Numbered from the stretch's first letter, positions 19,848 through 30,803 are shown. The stretch: 64,000 nt of DNA from an uncultured Desulfospira sp. (GCA_963663165.1 OY760175.1:1792001-1856000); one strand, 5' to 3'. The notes: generated from the sequence alone by a model not told the origin. A program made the numbers and translations.

Positions 19848-20101
19848 TGTCATAGATTGGCCAGGATTGGGGGGCGGGCCAAGCCAATCATCTGATATTA
19901 AATGTTACGTGCCAAAATCCTGTCATACTTTTTACCAAATTACAGAGCACAATTAAAGGGTAAACGCCCAAAACAGGGGCTTAAAACAAGCTTAATTCAA
20001 TGTTTTTGGCCCCCAAATGTCCATTTTAAGAAAATCGATGTTATAAAAAGCCCATCCGGTTTCATTTCCTTTTGCAAAAAAAGAATGATAGGGAAAGATG
20101 T

Positions 20102-20489
20102 ATGAATTCTACTGCCAGAAACGGATGGGCTTTTCATATTGCCGTTATCATCATGTTATCGGTCGTTTTATGGTGTTTGCCATGTTATTCCGGCACTTCC
20201 TGCGTGTGCCGCAGCGAGGCCGTATCCCCCTCAACTACCACCGTCGGCACCATCTCACTGGATACAAGCACTTTAAGCTCTACTACCCAGACCGACTGGA
20301 AAGATAAATACACCACCCTGGTCAATGGTGTAGAAACAATCGTTAAAAAAGCCTCAGAAACCATGAACGCGGCAAAGACCGCCCTGGGCGACCCGGTAGA
20401 CATGGTAAGCGGCGAGTTCTACACGGAAGAAACCCCCGATTTCCTGATTAAGTCCCGGGGGCTCGATTTATCCATTATCCGAAAATACA
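20102..20489 (+). pseudogene. Truncated Rhs 5' end (third leader copy)
   Basis: MNSTARNGWAFH...GDPVDMVSGEFYTEE...GLDLSIIRKY, then breaks at a CGCGACTTGGGGTCA stutter. Confidence 0.9.
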
Positions 20490-20881
20490 CGCGACTTGGG
20501 GTCACACGCGACTTGGGGTCAGGTCTTGCGCGACTTGGGGTCAGGTCTTGAAATATAAGTTTTTGATTTGGGGTCCCGGTTTTATTTTTAACTGCCTTGA
20601 AAATCCCTTGAAGGGCACCATGTTGAGCGAAGCGAATAAACCATCGTTGAGCAGAGCGAATAAGGCAGGACGCAAAGTAGACCCCTTTAAAAAAGTGGGC
20701 CTACTTTGCATGTCCTGTCACCCTAACGCCCTATCTTTTTATGGCTTAACCTGATTTTTTATATTTGAATATAGTTAAAATATATTTTCGTATAATAGCC
20801 TATAGAAAAACAGAAAATGATATAATTATCTATATTAACAAACAATTATAGATAAGAGCAAGCCAAGGGCCAGGTCTAAAT

Positions 20882-21268
20882 TTACCAAATAACCTCCACC
20901 GGATATTTGGCAAACATGGCATCACTCGTGATCACAGGTATCTGCCCGGTTATGCCCTGGGCAATGATCAGGCGGTCAAAGGGATCTTTGTGATGAAACT
21001 CAAGGTTGATAACCTTTGAGAGGTGATCCAATTCGACAGGCAGTACATCGATAGCGTGTTCTTCAAGCTGGGCAGGCATGAGCCGGTCAAAAGAATCAAG
21101 CAGTTCAAGTTTGCCCAGGCTTGTTTTAATGGCAATTTCCCACAGGCTTGCGGCGCTTAAAACCAGATCATTGTTAAAATCGAGCATAATGTTGCGGGCG
21201 TTAAGGCTGAGCCGGTCGCTTCCGGAAATGAACCACAAGAAAGCACTTGTATCAAGCAAAACCCGCAT
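20882..21268 (-). CDS. vapC: PIN-domain VapC toxin
   Basis: LLDTS, SAASLWEIAIK, HKDPFDRLIIAQ, TSD. Confidence 0.92.
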   Translation of the reverse strand: MRVLLDTSAFLWFISGSDRLSLNARNIMLDFNNDLVLSAASLWEIAIKTSLGKLELLDSFDRLMPAQLEEHAIDVLPVELDHLSKVINLEFHHKDPFDRLIIAQGITGQIPVITSDAMFAKYPVEVIW

Positions 21269-21489
21269 TACATATATTCCTTAAAATCGTCCAGGGGGGC
21301 GTCGAAGTCGTCTGCCATTTTGATCAGCCCTTTTGCCGAACCGAACACCCGTTGTTTTTTCTTTCTGGGGATGCCGACAATTTTAGCAATCGGCAGTCCC
21401 TGCCTTGTAATGATAATGGCTTCTTCAATATTCTGTTCAAGAATTTGGGGAAGCTGCTGTGTAATCTGGCTGATATCTATATTTTGCAT
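21268..21489 (-). CDS. Phd/YefM-like antitoxin
   Basis: IIITRQGLPIAKI...FGSAKG...DDFDAPL; coupled to vapC. Confidence 0.85.
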   Translation of the reverse strand: MQNIDISQITQQLPQILEQNIEEAIIITRQGLPIAKIVGIPRKKKQRVFGSAKGLIKMADDFDAPLDDFKEYM

Positions 21490-21516
21490 AATCTGCCTTC
21501 CTGTATAAATATGGTG

Positions 21517-21906
21517 TTATCTTGCATCGTCCATGGCCATAATGCCTTGCGTTCTGTTTTTAAGGATCATGCCGTCGAGTATCCTGATAACCGCCTCTTT
21601 ATCTTCGGCCTGGAATCGTTCAAGCTCCCTGAACCGCTTTGCCAGGCGGGTATCATTGAGGTTGCCCATGTCGCTGTGATCCCCGATTAGCAGATAGTCC
21701 AGAGTGGAGTCAAGCAGTTCAGCCAATTGTATGAGTTTTTCTAATGACGGGATATGCAATCCCATTTCATATTTATTGAACTGGCTGAATCCGATATCAA
21801 CCATGGCGGCCAACTCTTTTTGTGTCCATCCTTTTTGATTGCGAAGTCGTTTAAGGCGTTCTCCAAAAGCTTTTCTTACCTCTTTGTCCATCATGTCGAA
21901 AATCAT
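21517..21906 (-). CDS. XRE-family HTH regulator, paralog of 11153-11524
   Basis: FGERLKRLRNQKGWTQKELA...KYE...LDYLL; shared C-terminal ED..V...LD..I.K pattern. Confidence 0.9.
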   Translation of the reverse strand: MIFDMMDKEVRKAFGERLKRLRNQKGWTQKELAAMVDIGFSQFNKYEMGLHIPSLEKLIQLAELLDSTLDYLLIGDHSDMGNLNDTRLAKRFRELERFQAEDKEAVIRILDGMILKNRTQGIMAMDDAR

Positions 21907-22657
21907 CCTTATTTAAATTTTTGTTCTTGATTATAGCACGGGTTTGAAAAACGCCCTCGACAGCAATCTAATATTTAGATATCAAATATCCACAATAAGG
22001 ACAAGGTTTTTACTTGACAAGCTTTTTAAAAACGGAGAGCAATAGAAAAATGCCATCAGCCTTATGACTTTGGCGGGTCCCGGAATATGGACTGGTCGGG
22101 ACTGGTTCGGGACTGGGGTCGTGGTTCGGGACTGGCGGGACTGGGGTCGGGCCATGCTAACGAGCTGAATTAAAGGAAAATACTCTCAAAAGCACCCGTC
22201 TTTTTGGTCTTAAATCGATGTTTTTGGGGGCAAAAAGGGCTGTTTAAGGGGCAGTCAGGTTTTTTAGGGATTGATTTGGGGGGCAGACCAAGCAAACTTT
22301 TATAACCAACCGTTAATAAAAATAATTTTTTGAGGGCAAGGTAAAAAGCGGCTCTTAGCAGTCACATTTCGGTACCCCCAATAAATCATGTAAGGAGCAT
22401 TTATGATCAATTCAATCCAGATTTATCCGAAGAACATGGGAAACCATGGCACGCGCTAACCGACATTTGGTTCAAAAATCGGCCTCAGAAAGGCATATTA
22501 AATTCAGGCGGTGGATTTGGGGCTCACACCCTGTTTGATTTCTCCGCTTTAATGGGGTAAAGTACGCATTTCTTATTGTTTGATGCGTTTAACCCTAACC
22601 ATAGGATCAGCCAACCCCAGTGACTGTAACCCGTTCCTTTACAAAAGCAACCATCAA

Positions 22658-23752
22658 ATGACCCAAACCGGCCCCATCGGACAATCCCCGGATTTAACCG
22701 TTTTTCTTGTGCAAAAAAGCCTGGCAGACTGGTACCGAATAAACCAACGCCCCCTGCCCTGGCGGTCAACCAAAGACCCATATCATATCTGGGTATCGGA
22801 AGTCATGGCACAGCAAACCCAGATGAAAACCGTGATCCCCTATTACCTTAGATTTACGGAAAGGTTCCCCACGATCAGGGATCTGGCCAAGGCAGACCTT
22901 GATACGGTTCTCAAGCTATGGGAGGGGTTGGGGTATTATGCCCGGGCCAGAAATTTTCACCGGGCTTCCCGGGTTGTGGCGGACCATTTCCAGCACCGGA
23001 TTCCAGAGGACCTGGCAGAGTTTAAAACCCTTCCCGGGGTGGGAGAGTATATTGGTGCGGCGGTCCAGAGCATTGCCTTCGGCCATCCGGAGGCTGTGGT
23101 GGACGGCAATGTCAAACGGGTTCTGGCACGTCTTTTCCGCCTTGATTTTCCGGCCAACGGCCCGGCGTCTCACCGGCAGTTTCTCCCCTTTGCCCGAAAC
23201 CTTTTAGACAAAAATGATCCCGGCACCTTTAACCAGGCAATGATGGAGCTTGGCGCCCTGATCTGCACCCCGAAAGCCCCTGTCTGCCCTCAATGTCCGG
23301 TTTCATCCTATTGCTCAAGTTTTGTCCAAAACAGCGTCAACGACTATCCCAAACGGCTAAAGCCTAAAAAAGTGCCGGTAGTGAAGATTGCCGTGGGCAT
23401 TGTCAGAAAAAATGGAAAACTGCTGATCACCAAACGAAAACCGGATGGACTACTGGGCGGGCTATGGGAATTTCCAGGCGGCAAACTCAAAAACAATGAA
23501 GTCCCAAAGGCGGCCTGCATTCGGGAAATCAAAGAAGAAACCGGACTCACCGTTGAAATCACAAGCCACCTGACAACGGTCCGTCACGCCTATACCCACT
23601 TTAAAATCATCATGGAAGTATTTGACTGCACCTGGCAGTCCGGCAGGGTCCGGCTTAACGGGCCCGTGGATTATTGCTGGATCAGTCCTAAAGATATCAA
23701 CCGTTTTGCCTTTCCCAAAGCAAACTTAAAGTTTATCCCCATGATCCTTTAA
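22658..23752 (+). CDS. mutY: A/G-specific adenine glycosylase with NUDIX C-terminus
   Basis: WVSEVMAQQT, GLGYYARARN, LPGVG, VDGNVKRV, C-x6-C-x2-C-x5-C Fe-S motif. Confidence 0.95.
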   Translation: MTQTGPIGQSPDLTVFLVQKSLADWYRINQRPLPWRSTKDPYHIWVSEVMAQQTQMKTVIPYYLRFTERFPTIRDLAKADLDTVLKLWEGLGYYARARNFHRASRVVADHFQHRIPEDLAEFKTLPGVGEYIGAAVQSIAFGHPEAVVDGNVKRVLARLFRLDFPANGPASHRQFLPFARNLLDKNDPGTFNQAMMELGALICTPKAPVCPQCPVSSYCSSFVQNSVNDYPKRLKPKKVPVVKIAVGIVRKNGKLLITKRKPDGLLGGLWEFPGGKLKNNEVPKAACIREIKEETGLTVEITSHLTTVRHAYTHFKIIMEVFDCTWQSGRVRLNGPVDYCWISPKDINRFAFPKANLKFIPMIL

Positions 23753-23766
23753 TAAATGGGATAAGG

Positions 23767-25554
23767 TTAGAATTTCCCATCATCCAGCCCCAATTCGGAA
23801 AGCCTGTCAATGGTATAATTATACCCGGCTTCGATGATCTCTTCGGCTCTCTGGTAGGCGGTTAAGGAAAAATTGGAAACCGGCGGTTCAAGGTAGTAAT
23901 CGGCCAGGTACATGATCCGCTTGCGCTGCGCCAGGCCGCCGATCTGATTGGCATGGGCCAGGATCCGTTTCAGGCCGGGAATTGTAGATGATTTTTTACT
24001 GAACCGGGATTTGATCACATCCCAGCTGTTAAGGGTGGTGATGCTCGGATCAACCGAAATGTCCTCTTTGATATCCACATCCAGGGCAATGATGGTCCCG
24101 TTTCCCCGCCGCCGTTCCAACGCGGTTCCAAGCCGTCCGCGCATGGCCTGGACCGGGACATTTTCCAGAATGGCCCCGTCCACCATCAATTCTCCGTTGT
24201 TCACCACCGGCGGAAACAGCCCTGCCGGGGAATTGCTGGCCAAAACGGCCTGCCAGAGGGGGCCTGAATCCATGACCGCCGTGTCGGCGCAGCTTAAATT
24301 ACAGGCTGCTGCAAAATAAGTAGTCCATAAGCACTGAACCTGTGTATCCCCAAAAGTCGTCCGGAGGGCCTTTTCAAAATTCTTGACGGAAAACAGGGAA
24401 ACCACGGGAAGATCAAGCTTGATCAGCCCCTTTATAAACCGGAGTATGGTGGTATGGATCTCCTGTCTTGGAATGCCGAAAATATAAGAAGCCCCGATCA
24501 AAGCGCCCATGCTGTTGCCGCCAAGCAGGTCAATGGGAATCTTTTTTTCCTCGAAAGCCTTTAATGCTCCTAAATGGGCAAACCCCCTGGCACCGCCCCC
24601 GCCAAGGACCACCCCCACAGCCCGGCCCACCAGAAAACGGGCAATTCTCCGGTAATCGGACAAATCATCAGGGCTTGCCGGATACACCCGTTCCACATCC
24701 CTTGGCCCCTGCCATTCCAGCTTGTCCTCACAACGGCTGGTTTTGTTCCGGTGAAGGACAATAAGATGTTTTCTCATCAGTTCAATGCCGGGTTTTTGGG
24801 TAAGATCCGCCTCAACCTTGGACAGGTCCTTTACCTGTTCCTGGCCGGCAACAAACAGAATCTGATCAGCATACTCTAGGCTTTCAGATGCCACCCTTGA
24901 ATCTGAATCATATGCCGGGGTCTGATAGATCAAAAAATCGTTTTCCGCCTCCATGAGATCAATATTTAATTGCCTGGCTGTGAATTCGTCTTCCAGCACA
25001 ATATGCCGGGCCCGGCCCATCTGGGAAAAGGCGTTGGTCAGATTACGGGCCACCCGACCGGCATCCACCCGGTCTAAGATGGGAATCACCACAAACGAAT
25101 GGGCCCGTTTCTGACGTTCCACCCGCTGGGTGTGGCGCAAATGATTGTAAATGGCCTGGGAAAACACCCGGTTTATCTCTATGGGATAAGTTTGGAGCAG
25201 CCGCTCAAAATCTTCCTTTGAAAAAATACCCAGAACCGAACTTCGCAGGGCGGTTATGTCCGCCGCCCTGGACTGATCCAGAATAACGCCGAGTTCGCCT
25301 ACGATTTCACCGGGAAGGATCTCGTTAAACAACATCAGGTTGCCGTCCTTTCCCTGCCGTGTCACCCGCAGCCGTCCTGAAACCAGAACAAACATGGATC
25401 TTATGTAATCACCTTCTGATATAATCTTGGTGCCGGCCGCCACCTCTTTGATCTCAAGACAGGCCACCAATTCTTCCAAAACCTTGTCTGGAAGCTGTTT
25501 GAATTCCACTCCGGCCCGGAGCAGCTCACCAATCTGATCTTTACTCACGCTCAT
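23767..25554 (-). CDS. cNMP-binding patatin-like phospholipase (NTE family)
   Basis: N-terminal cNMP domain (GELG), GGGGARG, GNSMG, DGA. Confidence 0.9.
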   Translation of the reverse strand: MSVSKDQIGELLRAGVEFKQLPDKVLEELVACLEIKEVAAGTKIISEGDYIRSMFVLVSGRLRVTRQGKDGNLMLFNEILPGEIVGELGVILDQSRAADITALRSSVLGIFSKEDFERLLQTYPIEINRVFSQAIYNHLRHTQRVERQKRAHSFVVIPILDRVDAGRVARNLTNAFSQMGRARHIVLEDEFTARQLNIDLMEAENDFLIYQTPAYDSDSRVASESLEYADQILFVAGQEQVKDLSKVEADLTQKPGIELMRKHLIVLHRNKTSRCEDKLEWQGPRDVERVYPASPDDLSDYRRIARFLVGRAVGVVLGGGGARGFAHLGALKAFEEKKIPIDLLGGNSMGALIGASYIFGIPRQEIHTTILRFIKGLIKLDLPVVSLFSVKNFEKALRTTFGDTQVQCLWTTYFAAACNLSCADTAVMDSGPLWQAVLASNSPAGLFPPVVNNGELMVDGAILENVPVQAMRGRLGTALERRRGNGTIIALDVDIKEDISVDPSITTLNSWDVIKSRFSKKSSTIPGLKRILAHANQIGGLAQRKRIMYLADYYLEPPVSNFSLTAYQRAEEIIEAGYNYTIDRLSELGLDDGKF

Positions 25555-25900
25555 TTGAACCCCTTAAAGAACATCATGATCCAGCCTGCCGTTTGACGGC
25601 AAAACAAATTTTTTACATAAAATAACAGACGATCAGTTGACTACTTGTACCCGGTTATCGTAGAATTCGCTTTAAGACACCCTGCGATTTACCGGATTGT
25701 TTAATTTCGACTGGAACGACCTGAACCGTCTCCATTCGAAGAAAACCACTTGGGCGATTTCCCTGCATAACTTCATCACGCCCAGAGTGCCATGAATTGT
25801 ATCATATATTTAAATAAAGATGAACCAGACTAAATTTTTCTTAACGCCGTATATTGAACACCCGTATAAGGGCATCTTTCGGGGAAAAAGAGGAGCTTTC

Positions 25901-26920
25901 ATGACCATGAGGACCGCCTGGATCTGGCCCGTACTGTTATTGGGATTTATGGTCTGGGCCTTTTTGCGATACGATTTCTCGCAGGCAGTAAACGCATTTC
26001 ACGGGATTGACTGGCGGCTGATGGGCCTGTCCTTTGGGTTTAATATCGGCATTCTCTACTTTCGGGTAATCAAATGGGCCCTTGTTTTTAAGCCCATAAA
26101 TCGGGTGTTCTCTCATTTTAACCTGTGCCTGGCCTTATTTGCCGGCTGTCTGGTCAACATGGTTATTCCGGCACGGGCCGGGGGGCTGGTTCAGGCCTGG
26201 ATTATCGGTAAAAAAGAAAACTTCCCGGTCAGCACGGCATTGGGCACCGTCACCCTGGTCAGGCTGTTTGACAGTATCATGCTTATTTTTTTGGCCGTTG
26301 TGACCTTAATTTTGTTCCATATCCCCAAAGGCAGCGATGAATACTTTAAGTCCGTGTTCAAAACCGCCGGAACGGCCGGTTTTTTCTTGTGTGTTCTGGC
26401 CGTGATTCTCTTTGTTTTCACCCAAAACCAACAAGCCATGGACCGGCTTTTACACATTTTGCTCAAGGGGGTGCCGGCCCGGTTCAAGCCTTCGGCCAAA
26501 GAGGCGGCCACAGGGTTCCGGCAGGGGTTAACCGGCCTTAACTCAGCCTTTTATGTCGCTTTCAGCCTTCTGTTGAGCCTTATGTTCTGGCTGCTTTGCG
26601 CAGTCAATGTATGGATCCTGATCAAAGCGCTGGGCCTCGGGTTAAGGGGATTGTTCCCCCCTGTCCTGATGCTCCTGGCCCAGGCCTTTTCCATGGGAAT
26701 TCCAGCCCCTGCCACGGCAGGCCCCTACCATGCGGCCACGGTAAGCATTCTGATGTTTTACGGCATATCCTCCCCATCCGCATTGTATGCCGCGGTGATC
26801 ATGCATGGGATGATGTTTATCTCCAATACATTTCCCGGCCTGCTGTACCTGTGGTTGGATAAACCTTCGCTCTCTGTAATGTTGAAAGGAATCAAAGATG
26901 CCCGCTCAAATCTGCGCTAA
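25901..26920 (+). CDS. Lysylphosphatidylglycerol synthase TM-like / flippase-like membrane protein
   Basis: Polytopic hydrophobic ORF with NMVIPARAG, RLFD, IPAPATAGPY; AGGAG RBS. Confidence 0.75.
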   Translation: MTMRTAWIWPVLLLGFMVWAFLRYDFSQAVNAFHGIDWRLMGLSFGFNIGILYFRVIKWALVFKPINRVFSHFNLCLALFAGCLVNMVIPARAGGLVQAWIIGKKENFPVSTALGTVTLVRLFDSIMLIFLAVVTLILFHIPKGSDEYFKSVFKTAGTAGFFLCVLAVILFVFTQNQQAMDRLLHILLKGVPARFKPSAKEAATGFRQGLTGLNSAFYVAFSLLLSLMFWLLCAVNVWILIKALGLGLRGLFPPVLMLLAQAFSMGIPAPATAGPYHAATVSILMFYGISSPSALYAAVIMHGMMFISNTFPGLLYLWLDKPSLSVMLKGIKDARSNLR

Positions 26921-29900
26921 CACCCATCCGCTCACTTTAGTTCAAGAAGACATCTGGCTGTCTCAAATGATCCATAACTCAGTCCCCCTGTTTAACATCG
27001 GCGGCAACGTTAAAATCAATGGTTTCATTGACACTGATGCATTTATTGAAACCCATCGCCTGGTTACTGAACAGAATGATGCCTTCAGGATGGTGTTTCA
27101 TCAAGGGTGTGCCCTGCCCCGATTTTCATTTTCCGACACCGCCAAAAAAATTGAACTCAAAGATTTTTCAGGTCATGGGAATCCGGACAAGGCCGCCATG
27201 CAATGGTGGAAAGAAGAATTTTGCAGGCCCTTTCAAATCCACGACGCCCAGATGTCCCGGTATTACCTGTTAAAGACCTCCCAAAAAAGTTTTTATTATG
27301 CGGTATGTGCCCACCACCTGACCATGGATGGATACTGTTTTGCCATTCTCAACCAGCGGCTGCTGGAAAACTACAACTTTCTGGTCACAGGAACAGGCCA
27401 GACCGGTAATAAGCCCTCCTATGCCGACTTTATTGCCAATGATCAGGAATACCGGAAGTCGGATGAATTCGCCCGGGCCAAAGCCTTCTGGGCCCAGAAA
27501 TTTGAGACCATTCCCCGGCCCATGATTCCCCGCCGGTATACGGCCGGTTTCAAACAGACGGCCACGCCCAGTGCCTTTTCCCATATCTGGCTGACCCCTG
27601 ACTTTTACTACCAGCTGATCCGGTATTCAAAAGAACGGGAAGGCAACGTCTTCTTCCTTATGGCCGCTATTTTGTATACCTATTTTTTGCGGACAACCGA
27701 TATTAAAACCTTTGTCTTTTCCCTGCCGCTGCTCAACCGCCCCACCCTGGAATTTATGGACACCATGGGCCCGTTTGTGAATGTGGTGCCGGTCTGTCTT
27801 GATTTCGGGCTTAACATGAATATTCGAACCTTTTTTAACCGGTTAAAGGACGAATTAAAAGACTCCTTTCCCCATCAGCGATTTCCATTGGGCGAAATCA
27901 ACCGGGCCGCAAAACTGAAAAAATCCGGCCGGACCCAGCTGTTTGACGTGAGCCTGTCCTACGAAAAATTCAACTACGATGTGATGGACTATAACGGCAC
28001 CAAGTTTGAAATCAACACCATGCACAACGGCTGGGACCAGACCCCCTTGACCCTGGCCATCAAGGAGTACCAGAAAAAAACCGGCGTAAAGCTCGAATTT
28101 TATTATAACCTGGCCGCATATAAACCCGGCGAGATTGATTTTTTAATGGAGCGGATACGGTACATGTTGGAACAGGTTATAAACACACCCGACATTCCGT
28201 TAAGCCAGCTTAAAATCTTGCCGGAGAGAGAATCTCAAAAGCTTTTAGTAGAATTCAACCAGAAGGCCCGCACGGCTGCGCCCCCTTTCAAAAACATCTG
28301 CGAAATTTTCAGGACTGTTGCCAAAGCCCGCTTCGACCATACGGCCGTTCAGTTCGGCAGCCGGACGAGCCGGCAGAAAATGACATATCAAATGCTCAAT
28401 GACCGGTCTGACCGGTTATCATCCTATCTTAAGTCCCGGTTTGACGGGCCGGCGCCCCTTGTCGCGTTCTACGGGTATCGGTCCATTGAAATGGTCCTCG
28501 GGATTCTTTCGGTGTTAAAAGCGGGAGGGGCCTATGTTCCCCTGGATCCCGACTATCCCCAAGAAAGAATAAACTTCATGCTTGAGGATTCCGGGGTCCG
28601 GATCATTTTGACCCAAAAAATTCTAAAATCCAGACTGGCCGTCAAAGCAGACCAGACCATTATCCCCATAGACGATTTCCCCTACGATAACATTGATATT
28701 GCCCCCCATGATACCGGCATCACCGCTGACAGCCTTGCCTATGTGATCTATACATCCGGCACCACAGGGCAGCCCAAAGGTGTCATGTGCACCCATGGCG
28801 GGCTTGCCAACCTTGCGGCTTCCCAGAACAACATATTCAGCATCACGCCGGAAAGCCGGGTCCTGCAATTTGCCTCCCTGTGTTTTGATGCCTCTGTCTC
28901 AGAAATATTTACCACTTTAACGGCTGGCGCCACCCTGGTTCTGGCCTCAAAAGACGATTTAATGCCGGGGCCGACGCTGCTGGACACCCTTCAAAGAGAA
29001 CGCATCTCCCATGTCACCCTTCCGCCTTCTTCACTGGCCGTCATGGATTCTTTGCCCCTGCCGGATCTATCCACCCTGGTTACCGCAGGAGAACCCTGTC
29101 CCTCAAAATTATTCGAAAAATGGGGGGGACATCGCCGGTTCATTAACGCCTACGGGCCGACCGAGGCCACGGTCTGCGCCTCGGCTCACCTGTGCAAAGC
29201 CCAGGATATAGATCAGCTGCCCATGGGAACGCCCATCGACAATGTAAGCCTCTATGTTTTAAACGATGCCCTTGAACCCATGCCCATCGGCGTCCCGGGC
29301 CAGCTGTATATCGGAGGAGCCGGCGTGGCCAAAGGGTATCTGAACCAACCCGATCTCACCCGGGAAAAATTTATAGCCAATCCCTTTGAGCATGAAAACG
29401 GGCATGACCGGCTTTACCGGACCGGGGATATGGTCCGGTTTCTGGCCGATGCCAGCCTGATGTTCATGGGACGGTTCGATCATCAGGTCAAGGTCAGGGG
29501 ATACCGGATCGAACCCGAAGAGGTCGAAAAGGTGATCGCAAGCCACCCCAAAATATCGGAAGCCGCGGTCATTACAAAGAAAACATCCTCATCGGACAAC
29601 ACCCTTGTCCTGTTTTTCTCAGGCGGTGACAATGGGGGTGCCCATGCCCTGGCCGCCGAAATCCGGCAGTTTGCCAAACAGAAACTGCCGGACTACATGA
29701 TCCCATCCCGTTTCATTCCCATGGACGCAATGCCCCATACGCCCAGCGGCAAATTGGACCGGCGTATTTTAGAACAGACCCAGCCCCCAGAACCGTCTTG
29801 CCAAAGCCATGGAACGTCACCGGAAACTGAAACTCAAAAACAGCTGTCAGACCTTTTCGCAAAGGCCATGAATGTGGAGACCATTTCCATTGGCAGACAC

Positions 29901-30803
29901 GACGACTTTTTTGAATCCGGCATGGACTCCCTTTCAGCGGTAAGATTTATCAGTCTTCTGGAAAAGGCCTTTAACCAGCGGCTTTTATTTTCAGACCTCA
30001 TGGCCAACAGCACCATTCACACCCTTGCCAGACGGTTTACCCCCCATGGGCACTCCCCTGGCCTGGTCGACCGCCGGATGCTGGTCCCCATTTCAAACAG
30101 CGGCTCCAAACCCCCTTTCTTCTGCATTACAGCAGGGTACGGGGATGTGGTCAAAATGCAGCAGCTGTCCCGCCATCTGGGCAAGGAACAGCCGTTTTTC
30201 ATGCTGCAGCCCGATAACATCAGCACCCGTGCCAAAGCAAAGGAACTGGCACAGGGGTATATGGACCAGATTTTAAGCCGGGTTCCCAATGGCCCTTACC
30301 GGCTCGGCGGCTACAGTGCCGGCGGCCTGATGGCCTACGAAACCGCCCGGCTGCTCATCGAACAGGGCAGCACCGTTGAACTTTTAGCCATGATTGGTGC
30401 GCCGCGCAGCTACAGCCGGATAACCCGCCTGGTAAACCAAAAAATCCGGTATCTGGTGTTGACCCTGCTGCCCGGGTCTGAACAAAAAATTTCTTCAAAT
30501 ATGCTGGAAATTTTACGGGCCGTTTTTCTGGACGCAGGGCTCCAGTATCACCTGGAAACTTTGACCGACTACCGCCCCAAAGCGTACAAGGGAAAAATCG
30601 ACTATTTCCAGGGCAAATGGGCCATGTCCAGGTTCCTGGGCACCCACCGGACCTGGATGAAAAATGCCAAAGGCCCCTTTGAGCTGCACATGCTTCCGGG
30701 CAACCATGACAGTTTTATGAAAGAGCCCCATGTGGCTTCACTTGCCTTGCGGCTCAAGCAATGCATCAATGAAGTTGACCAAAAGAAAGGCATGATTCAA
30801 TGA
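26898..30803 (+). CDS. Single-module NRPS (C-A-T-TE)
   Basis: HHLTMDG; YTSGTTGQPKG; YGPTE; YRTGD; FFESGMDSL; GYSAGG...PGNH. Confidence 0.95.
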   Translation: MPAQICANTHPLTLVQEDIWLSQMIHNSVPLFNIGGNVKINGFIDTDAFIETHRLVTEQNDAFRMVFHQGCALPRFSFSDTAKKIELKDFSGHGNPDKAAMQWWKEEFCRPFQIHDAQMSRYYLLKTSQKSFYYAVCAHHLTMDGYCFAILNQRLLENYNFLVTGTGQTGNKPSYADFIANDQEYRKSDEFARAKAFWAQKFETIPRPMIPRRYTAGFKQTATPSAFSHIWLTPDFYYQLIRYSKEREGNVFFLMAAILYTYFLRTTDIKTFVFSLPLLNRPTLEFMDTMGPFVNVVPVCLDFGLNMNIRTFFNRLKDELKDSFPHQRFPLGEINRAAKLKKSGRTQLFDVSLSYEKFNYDVMDYNGTKFEINTMHNGWDQTPLTLAIKEYQKKTGVKLEFYYNLAAYKPGEIDFLMERIRYMLEQVINTPDIPLSQLKILPERESQKLLVEFNQKARTAAPPFKNICEIFRTVAKARFDHTAVQFGSRTSRQKMTYQMLNDRSDRLSSYLKSRFDGPAPLVAFYGYRSIEMVLGILSVLKAGGAYVPLDPDYPQERINFMLEDSGVRIILTQKILKSRLAVKADQTIIPIDDFPYDNIDIAPHDTGITADSLAYVIYTSGTTGQPKGVMCTHGGLANLAASQNNIFSITPESRVLQFASLCFDASVSEIFTTLTAGATLVLASKDDLMPGPTLLDTLQRERISHVTLPPSSLAVMDSLPLPDLSTLVTAGEPCPSKLFEKWGGHRRFINAYGPTEATVCASAHLCKAQDIDQLPMGTPIDNVSLYVLNDALEPMPIGVPGQLYIGGAGVAKGYLNQPDLTREKFIANPFEHENGHDRLYRTGDMVRFLADASLMFMGRFDHQVKVRGYRIEPEEVEKVIASHPKISEAAVITKKTSSSDNTLVLFFSGGDNGGAHALAAEIRQFAKQKLPDYMIPSRFIPMDAMPHTPSGKLDRRILEQTQPPEPSCQSHGTSPETETQKQLSDLFAKAMNVETISIGRHDDFFESGMDSLSAVRFISLLEKAFNQRLLFSDLMANSTIHTLARRFTPHGHSPGLVDRRMLVPISNSGSKPPFFCITAGYGDVVKMQQLSRHLGKEQPFFMLQPDNISTRAKAKELAQGYMDQILSRVPNGPYRLGGYSAGGLMAYETARLLIEQGSTVELLAMIGAPRSYSRITRLVNQKIRYLVLTLLPGSEQKISSNMLEILRAVFLDAGLQYHLETLTDYRPKAYKGKIDYFQGKWAMSRFLGTHRTWMKNAKGPFELHMLPGNHDSFMKEPHVASLALRLKQCINEVDQKKGMIQ

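Noticed and set aside
20665..20720. Hairpin containing GACGCAAAG as a c-di-GMP riboswitch
   Set aside because: Simple long stem downstream of vapC without the two-stem GEMM layout or a downstream gene; more likely terminator-like.
20490..22157. Short direct repeats as a CRISPR array
   Set aside because: Units are 7-15 bp, irregular and lack unique ~30-bp spacers; no cas genes in the window.
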